Part shown: in pieces, positions 57,491 to 64,000 of the stretch
How the letters are laid out: the number at the start of each line of letters is the position of its first letter
Numbering within the stretch: the stretch's first letter is position 1
Source of the DNA: Escherichia phage vB_EcoM_ESCO10
Sequence record: OM386655.1
Direction: 5' to 3' (one strand)
Length of the DNA stretch: 64,000 bases
The notes under the pieces: generated by a model
What the model saw: only the letters and a program-made list of their open reading frames with translations
What the model was told of the DNA's origin: nothing
The model's database searches: none
Translations under genes and position numbers: made by a program

Positions 57491-57531
57491 TTTGATAGGG
57501 TAATAGTATCATATTTATAAATGCTGTAAAC
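57491..57531 (-). promoter_or_regulatory. T4-type early promoter (repeat family)
   Basis: GTTTAC ... ATACTATTACCCTATCAAAAC. Confidence 0.5.
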
Positions 57532-57543
57532 AACTTTTTGAAA

Positions 57544-58221
<678 letters not shown>

Positions 58222-58229
<8 letters not shown>

Positions 58230-58980
58230 TTTTATTTCCTAATAATTTATCAATAGTAGTGTATAGTTCAGAAAGGGTTCCGTTATTTTCAATAACAACG
58301 TCACCCGGTAAAATTGGTAGACCCGCTTCAGTAATGTGCGAGTCTTGTACTTGACCGGTATCAGCGCGAACTACGTGAATAATCGTAGCACCCATCGCCC
58401 TGAGCGAATCAATTTCATGTGTTTGACGAACATCAGGTACGACATAGTATTTCGCATCAGAATATATTCTATCAAAATAGTCTAAAGCGAATAACTTAAC
58501 CCAATACATCTTATCAAATTGGTTAACAATAACATCGGTCCCAAGGGTCTGCATGAGACGACGTACTGACCAATTGTTAATATTATTTATTACTTCAAAC
58601 AGGTAGTCTTTTGTTTCTTCAGACAAATACTGGATAGTAGGGCCGTAATGATACTGGGTACAGACATCAATTCCTTTAATAGGAAGTATATTATTCAGTT
58701 TAACGATAGCATGTTCAAAGATGTCAATAACATCATATGGTTTTAAAGGAAGGATTTCTTCGCGGTTGTATCCAATACCTTCAAAACAATTAAAATCTAA
58801 TTTAGGCATATAGCTACGATCGAATACGGGGTCATCAGATATGTATTCGTAAGCTTCTGCTAGATACTTTTTAATAGGCCCAGCGAGCTGGAATTTAACA
58901 GAATCCATATTCTCAATTACATAGTTAGCAACGGTGTCCTTACCGCTACGTTTGAGTCCTACAATTGATATTAGTTTCAT
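58222..58980 (-). CDS. 1: deoxynucleoside monophosphate kinase gp1
   Basis: 252 aa; P-loop GLKRSGKDT; position as T4 gene 1. Confidence 0.85.
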
Positions 58981-59570
58981 TATTTTCTCATAGATGGATG
59001 CATAGACATACGTGCCACACGTTGTTCGGCATACGAATCAATTTGTGGACGACCTGTAACTATTGTACCATCTATTTCTACAGCAAACGACTTGAAGTTG
59101 AATGTTGCTGTGGCAATTATTGCAGGGTCAGAATCTTCTTTATAAGAGTACTGGATCTCGGAAAGGTCCGACGGCCATCCACCATAGTAATGGATGCTCA
59201 TTACGATTTTCTGTTTATTGTTATCAAGGATATGAAGCGTAATCGCTTCAGGCAGGCCTTTAGGATGCCATGCTTCAGATTCATGGGTTACATAGTTGTT
59301 TAATGATAACATCCATTTATAAATGTCCATCCATGATTTCAATTCACGGTCTACAAGAAAGTTTACAATCAAGGGGTCGAATTCTACAGTAGAACCTGGC
59401 AGCTTAGCACGATGTATACCCTGGGTCGATCCTGGGACATCTGAAATCGGAATATGGATACCTGGTAGTGTTACATCTTGCACGTTTAATTTGAATGACT
59501 GAGTCATTCCAGAGTCACTAACCTCTAAGATAAAGTTAGTAGTGTTAGTTTGGTTAAATAAACCGTTCAT
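58980..59570 (-). CDS. 3: tail completion / sheath stabiliser gp3
   Basis: position between genes 1 and 2; an internal Met would give 175 aa. Confidence 0.7.
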   Translation of the reverse strand: MNGLFNQTNTTNFILEVSDSGMTQSFKLNVQDVTLPGIHIPISDVPGSTQGIHRAKLPGSTVEFDPLIVNFLVDRELKSWMDIYKWMLSLNNYVTHESEAWHPKGLPEAITLHILDNNKQKIVMSIHYYGGWPSDLSEIQYSYKEDSDPAIIATATFNFKSFAVEIDGTIVTGRPQIDSYAEQRVARMSMHPSMRK

Positions 59571-59658
59571 AGTATTCCTATATTGCTTAAACCCTAGCCA
59601 GTGTATAATGGTCCTAGGTCTGTTCCATTCAATAACTGGCTGGGATAATAGATTAAGA

Positions 59659-60495
59659 TTATGCGTTCTTCCAAACTTTCTGAGCTGAGTAACGCTTACC
59701 TTTAGACATGAACTGCTGGAGAGGCATCATTACTACATTAGCCCAATCAGATGGTTTTATCTCTACCAAAGGACCTTTTATATTTCCTGGGATATAAGCT
59801 TTAATCATCATGTCGGCACCAGCGAATCCTTTAACTTTACTCCAATCGATTTTTAATTTTGTCGAGTTAGTAATGGTAGGCGTACTCGCGTATTGCTTCA
59901 GCAATTCTTCTAGAAATTGTTGGCGTGCTTTAGGTGGAATATAGTGTAAGTTCAACCCGTACATAAGATTATGCTTACCAAGCCCTAGATAAATGATTAA
60001 AGGATATTTGTCCCAATACGGTAATGTATCCTTGTGTTTGGCATCATAAATATAAGCATAAAGCTTGCCAGGAGACGGTTTAGATACCTGGTGTCCACGA
60101 ATTCCTTTCTTTAACGTTTCTGTAAACCATTTAGCCGATTTATTGTTTACAGCAGCGCCTTCATTAGCAATCTTATCACGAATACTCTTTCTAAAACTAT
60201 TTACCAAAATTAATTGACGTTCAGCTTTGGTTAATTTATTGCCAGGTTTCTTCTGGAGTTTTTCGACTTGTACAGCGGTTTTAATTCGACTCGAGTATCG
60301 AGACATCGCAGATGTAAAGCTAGAATACTTGATGCCTTTATCTTCAGCGAATTTCTTAGCCGAGGCACCTTTAGCCTTAGCTTTGGCATATTCAACACCT
60401 AAAGCTATCCATTGTTGTTCCGAACGAGTAGGCTTAGAACCTTTTGTGGTTTCAGTAGCCTCATTGATGTAGGAAAATATACTCATCCTTTCCAT
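59659..60495 (-). CDS. 2: DNA end protector gp2
   Basis: 278 aa; basic; position as T4 gene 2. Confidence 0.75.
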   Translation of the reverse strand: MERMSIFSYINEATETTKGSKPTRSEQQWIALGVEYAKAKAKGASAKKFAEDKGIKYSSFTSAMSRYSSRIKTAVQVEKLQKKPGNKLTKAERQLILVNSFRKSIRDKIANEGAAVNNKSAKWFTETLKKGIRGHQVSKPSPGKLYAYIYDAKHKDTLPYWDKYPLIIYLGLGKHNLMYGLNLHYIPPKARQQFLEELLKQYASTPTITNSTKLKIDWSKVKGFAGADMMIKAYIPGNIKGPLVEIKPSDWANVVMMPLQQFMSKGKRYSAQKVWKNA

Positions 60496-60932
60496 CCTAA
60501 TTTTTTCAGTGAGTTTTCAGTTATCAATCTAAAATTGATTCCCATTTTATCTGCTGTAGCTTTAGCAGCTTTCCATTTATCTTTATTTACACTCCATGTA
60601 TAATGTTCGTTGATATATCTCTTTTTAGCGGCTGTAGTCATTTTAGCAGGCGCCGCTGGAGGATGGGTTTCTTTAAAAGGTTTGACTTCAAAAAAGAATT
60701 GTTGGCCATTATCAAACTTAACCCAGAAGTCCATAAAATAACGACGTTTCTTTCCATCCGCATTACTAAAATATGGGATAACCACCTCTTCAGAGTTCCA
60801 TTGGACCACGTTAGGATGGTTATCAAGCCAACGCATGAGCCATGCTTCCCATGAAGAACGATATTGGATTTTCTTCCAGTCACCTTTATATTTTTGTAAG
60901 TTAGTAGGTTTAAATTTCCCTGAGTAAGCCAT
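60483..60932 (-). CDS. 4: head completion protein gp4
   Basis: 149 aa; position and size as T4 gp4; late promoter upstream. Confidence 0.75.
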   Translation of the reverse strand: MAYSGKFKPTNLQKYKGDWKKIQYRSSWEAWLMRWLDNHPNVVQWNSEEVVIPYFSNADGKKRRYFMDFWVKFDNGQQFFFEVKPFKETHPPAAPAKMTTAAKKRYINEHYTWSVNKDKWKAAKATADKMGINFRLITENSLKKLGWKG

Positions 60933-60943
60933 AGTTGCCTCCT

Positions 60944-60951
60944 TATAAATA
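60944..60951 (+). promoter_or_regulatory. T4-type late promoter TATAAATA for gene 53
   Basis: exact TATAAATA 28 bp upstream of the gene 53 ATG; SD GGAGG. Confidence 0.6.
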
Positions 60952-60958
60952 TTAATAT

Positions 60959-60966
60959 TATTTATA
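60959..60966 (-). promoter_or_regulatory. T4-type late promoter TATAAATA for gene 4 (divergent)
   Basis: plus-strand tatttata about 27 bp upstream of the gene 4 start. Confidence 0.55.
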
Positions 60967-60978
60967 CTCGGAGGCCCT

Positions 60979-61581
60979 ATGCTCTTCTCATTTTTCGATC
61001 CTATCGATTACGAATCAAAAACAGTCAAGCCGGATTCGGGCTCATTAACTAATGCCGATGTATTGAGCGTGCCGATGACTGATATATTTAGAAATTATAA
61101 AGAATATTTTGATAAAGTGGCTAAAAATTATACACTAAAAACTTATTACATCAACGGAGCCCCTCGCCCAGAAGAATTAGCTAATCAACTTTATGGTAAC
61201 GTTCAATTGTATTGGGTCCTTTTGATGTGTAACAATATCTATGACCCATATTACGGATGGATTACAGGACAGGAATCTGCCTATCAAGCGGCCATTCAAC
61301 GTTATGCTACCGCAGGTGGAAACCAAGTCCTTTATCATGTTAATGAAAAGGGTGAGAAATTCTGGAATCTTGTTAACACACCAGAAAATCCATATACTTG
61401 GTATGACAAAGGTGATACAGAAAAACGTTATCCTCAGTACGAAGGCCCATTGGCCGCAGTAGATATTTACGAGGATGCTATTCGTAAAAATGAATATAAG
61501 CGCGAAATAAAAATAATCGACCCTAATGATATTGAGTCTTTTATTTCTGCTCTTATTCGCGAAATGGAGAAAGCCCTCTAA
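60979..61581 (+). CDS. 53: baseplate wedge protein gp53
   Basis: 200 aa; directly precedes gene 5 as in T4. Confidence 0.8.
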   Translation: MLFSFFDPIDYESKTVKPDSGSLTNADVLSVPMTDIFRNYKEYFDKVAKNYTLKTYYINGAPRPEELANQLYGNVQLYWVLLMCNNIYDPYYGWITGQESAYQAAIQRYATAGGNQVLYHVNEKGEKFWNLVNTPENPYTWYDKGDTEKRYPQYEGPLAAVDIYEDAIRKNEYKREIKIIDPNDIESFISALIREMEKAL

Positions 61582-63323
61582 TGATTAACATGTCTGATAA
61601 CGTAAGTTGGTTCGTCGGTGTAGTTGAAGACCGAATGGACCCACTACAACAAGGCCGAGTACGTGTACGTGTATGGGGTATGCATCCGTATGAAAAAGTA
61701 CAAGGCCCTGTAAAAGGCCTTCGTACAGAAGATTTACCATGGATGTCTGTATTGATGCCTACATCTTCTGCATCTGTTTCAGGTATCCAAACTGCCATGA
61801 CAGGCATGGTCCCAGGCACACAAGTTTATGGTCATTTTCTTGATAAATGGAAATTAAACGGGCTTGTCCTCGGTACATATGGGTCTGCTTCAAAACAAAA
61901 AGCAAACCCTAATGAAGGTTTTAGTGACCCTACAGGACAGTATCCACTTTATTTAGGTAATGACGCTGCTGCACTAAACAGAGGTGGTGAAGTTGGATAC
62001 GACGCCACGTCTAATATAATACAAGATGCAAACACCGATGTAGGTATTAATCCTGATGGATTAGACTTAAGCCAAGTCAAGCCTGATGATAATCCTAATT
62101 TCACAATAGAAAACATGCTTCATCGTGATGAGGGCCTTCGTCTTAAGGTATATTGGGACACAGAAGGATATCCTACTATAGGTATAGGCCATCTTATTAC
62201 TCCACAACCTATTAGAGATATGAACCAGATAAACAAAATATTATCTAATCAGGTAGGACGAGAAGTTAAAGGTAACCCCGGTGCAATATCAATGGACGAG
62301 GCTTCTAAATTATTCCAAGAAGACCTTAAAAAAGTCCAAAATGATATAGGCCGGCATAGTGTTGTAGGTCCTGTTTACAATAAAGAAAACCGTTCAAGAC
62401 AAATGGCTCTTGAAAACATGGCTTTCCAAATGGGATTAGGTGGATTGGCTAAATTCCGTGGAATGCTTAGTGCAATGCTAATAGGCGATTATAAAAAGGC
62501 ATTTGAAGAAGCTCGTAATTCAGTGTGGTTTAACCAAACTAAGGGGCGTGCATCAAGGGTGTCAATGATTATCCTCACAGGTAACGTGGAATCATATGGT
62601 ATTATGGCCCCTAAAGAAAGAGAATTTAAAGGGCGCTCATATAGAATGATTCAAACCTTTGCAGCTCCTGCGAATTCCGACCCAGCAGATCCGTGGACGC
62701 CAGAAGATACAAGAATTCTTTTTAAAGAACCTGATTCTAGTTATAAAGGTGAATACCCATATGTCCAAACCATGCAGACCGAAGGTGGACACATCCAAGA
62801 ATTTGATAACACCCCAGGGCAAGAACGTTATCGTTTAATCCATCCAACCGGTAGTTATGAAGAGGTTGCTCCTGATGGTCGTAAAACTTCTAAGACGGTG
62901 GCTGATGGGTATTATATGACCCAAGGCGATTCTAATACTTATGTTGGCGGTAATAATAAAGTCAACATAGGTGGTGATGAAACATATTATAATATGGCAA
63001 ACGTGCGCCGTCAAACTGACGGGTCTGAAAGCATCCATATTCGTGGTAATGAAACCAAAACAGTAGAAGGTGATGGAACCCTTATTGTTAAAGGAAACGT
63101 CACAATTCTTGTTGAGGGTAATGCAGATATAACTGTTAAGGGTGACGCAAAAACATTAGTTGAAGGCAACCATGATTATACAGTAAATGGAAACGTTAAA
63201 TGGTCTGTAAATGGAAACGTTGATATGGCTGTTGCAGGCAATTGGTCTGAAACAATGAGTACGATGAGTTCAATTGCTTCAGGCCAGTACACTATTGATG
63301 GTTCGAGGATTGACATTGGCTAA
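61581..63323 (+). CDS. 5: baseplate hub / cell-puncturing protein with lysozyme domain gp5
   Basis: 580 aa; N-terminal OB-fold region WFVGVVEDRMDPLQQGRVRVRVWG, central T4-lysozyme-like domain (DEGLRLKVYWDTEGYPTIGIGHLI), C-terminal VxGxxxxx beta-helix repeats; TAATG overlap with gene 53. Confidence 0.95.
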   Translation: MINMSDNVSWFVGVVEDRMDPLQQGRVRVRVWGMHPYEKVQGPVKGLRTEDLPWMSVLMPTSSASVSGIQTAMTGMVPGTQVYGHFLDKWKLNGLVLGTYGSASKQKANPNEGFSDPTGQYPLYLGNDAAALNRGGEVGYDATSNIIQDANTDVGINPDGLDLSQVKPDDNPNFTIENMLHRDEGLRLKVYWDTEGYPTIGIGHLITPQPIRDMNQINKILSNQVGREVKGNPGAISMDEASKLFQEDLKKVQNDIGRHSVVGPVYNKENRSRQMALENMAFQMGLGGLAKFRGMLSAMLIGDYKKAFEEARNSVWFNQTKGRASRVSMIILTGNVESYGIMAPKEREFKGRSYRMIQTFAAPANSDPADPWTPEDTRILFKEPDSSYKGEYPYVQTMQTEGGHIQEFDNTPGQERYRLIHPTGSYEEVAPDGRKTSKTVADGYYMTQGDSNTYVGGNNKVNIGGDETYYNMANVRRQTDGSESIHIRGNETKTVEGDGTLIVKGNVTILVEGNADITVKGDAKTLVEGNHDYTVNGNVKWSVNGNVDMAVAGNWSETMSTMSSIASGQYTIDGSRIDIG

Positions 63324-63357
63324 TATTTTACCTATGAGCACAGATTTAGGAGATTCC

Positions 63358-63855
63358 ATGGAAGGAAGCTCTATCGATGTTACGTTTACAGCTCAATTAG
63401 AAACAAACGAAACATTAGTTGAAATAAATATAACAGAATATGAGCCTACAGAAGGCATTATTGTCGATGGAGCTCGTTTATATGGAACCTACGAATCTGT
63501 ATTTGGATTCTCTGAGGATGCATTAAAATACCGATTAGGAGATGAATTTAAAACTGCCGGTTCATGGAAAGACCTACCAACTGATAGTAATGCTCAATTA
63601 TACCTCTGGAAAGCTCCTGGTAATCTTCAGAAGACATTTTCTTACACAGTCACATTAACCTATGACTTTCAAGAAGAGACGTCAGGAGGCGATACAGGGA
63701 ACTCAGGCGGCAGTAACTCTAGGGCTGGCGCTGAAACCGATCCACCTCCTGCTCCTGTAAGAAAAACTCTTACCAAGGTTTATACCAAGGTTATAGTCGG
63801 AAATTGGAGCAAGTGGGCTAACCAATTAAGAGAATATGTATATGCGAGGCCATAA
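63358..63855 (+). CDS. 5.1: gp5.1-like protein
   Basis: ATG at 63358 preceded by GGAGA; an alternative ATG at 63334 is possible; track start is further upstream inside gene 5. Confidence 0.5.
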   Translation: MEGSSIDVTFTAQLETNETLVEINITEYEPTEGIIVDGARLYGTYESVFGFSEDALKYRLGDEFKTAGSWKDLPTDSNAQLYLWKAPGNLQKTFSYTVTLTYDFQEETSGGDTGNSGGSNSRAGAETDPPPAPVRKTLTKVYTKVIVGNWSKWANQLREYVYARP

Positions 63856-64000
63856 TGTCTGGGTTAAGTTATAACCAATGTGTGACAGCAGGTCATGAAG
63901 CATGGCCTCCTACCATAATTAACGCCACCCAAGGTAAAGTATTTACCGGTGGAATTCCTGTATTAGTTGATGGGGACCCTATTACAGAACATACAGAAAT
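63855..64000 (+). CDS. 5.4: PAAR-like spike tip protein gp5.4 (5' part; truncated by window end)
   Basis: TAATG-coupled start; [49 protein letters not shown] has a PAAR-like character. Confidence 0.6.
   Translation, partial: MSGLSYNQCVTAGHEAWPPTIINATQGKVFTGGIPVLVDGDPITEHTE

Noticed and set aside
5153-57531. Possibility that the 13 repeated ~45-bp elements form a CRISPR array or MITE family
   Set aside because: The copies are kilobases apart, uniformly oriented with the genes, sit immediately 5' of start codons and contain GTTTAC and TATAAT-like boxes; this fits promoters, not CRISPR repeats or transposon ends.

Overview
This window reads as a contiguous segment of a T4-like (Tevenvirinae) phage genome, with most genes on the minus strand. 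All calls rest on reading the supplied ORF translations against remembered T4 protein sequences and motifs; no database search was run. Recognisable core genes run from soc, 56 and primase 61, through helicase 41, uvsX, dCMP hydroxymethylase 42, DNA polymerase 43, regA, the 62/44/45 clamp system, 46/47 and sigma factor 55, then endo VII (49), nrdC, rI, tk, regB, denV, lysozyme e, nudE, two tRNAs, 57B/57A, gp1, 3, 2, 4, and finally plus-strand late genes 53, 5, 5.1 and the start of 5.4. The polymerase looks more like the RB69 type than T4 itself (from memory). The most interesting feature is a translationally coupled operon around gene 42 that replaces the T4 glucosyltransferases: a fused nucleotidyltransferase/kinase, a small HAD phosphatase, a P-loop kinase, gene 42, and a 297-aa unknown protein in the beta-gt slot. 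I read this as a candidate NDP-sugar pathway for a non-glucose hmC modification. Other points worth a second look are a tandem array of five small paralogs with a conserved cysteine-terminated tail, four capsid-targeting-sequence internal proteins, a macro-domain protein, a nucleotidyltransferase next to an AAA+ ATPase, two homing-endonuclease-like insertions, a 13-copy early-promoter repeat, and the SD-sequestering hairpin at gene e. Many ORF-track starts are TTG/GTG-extended; where I corrected a start I say so.
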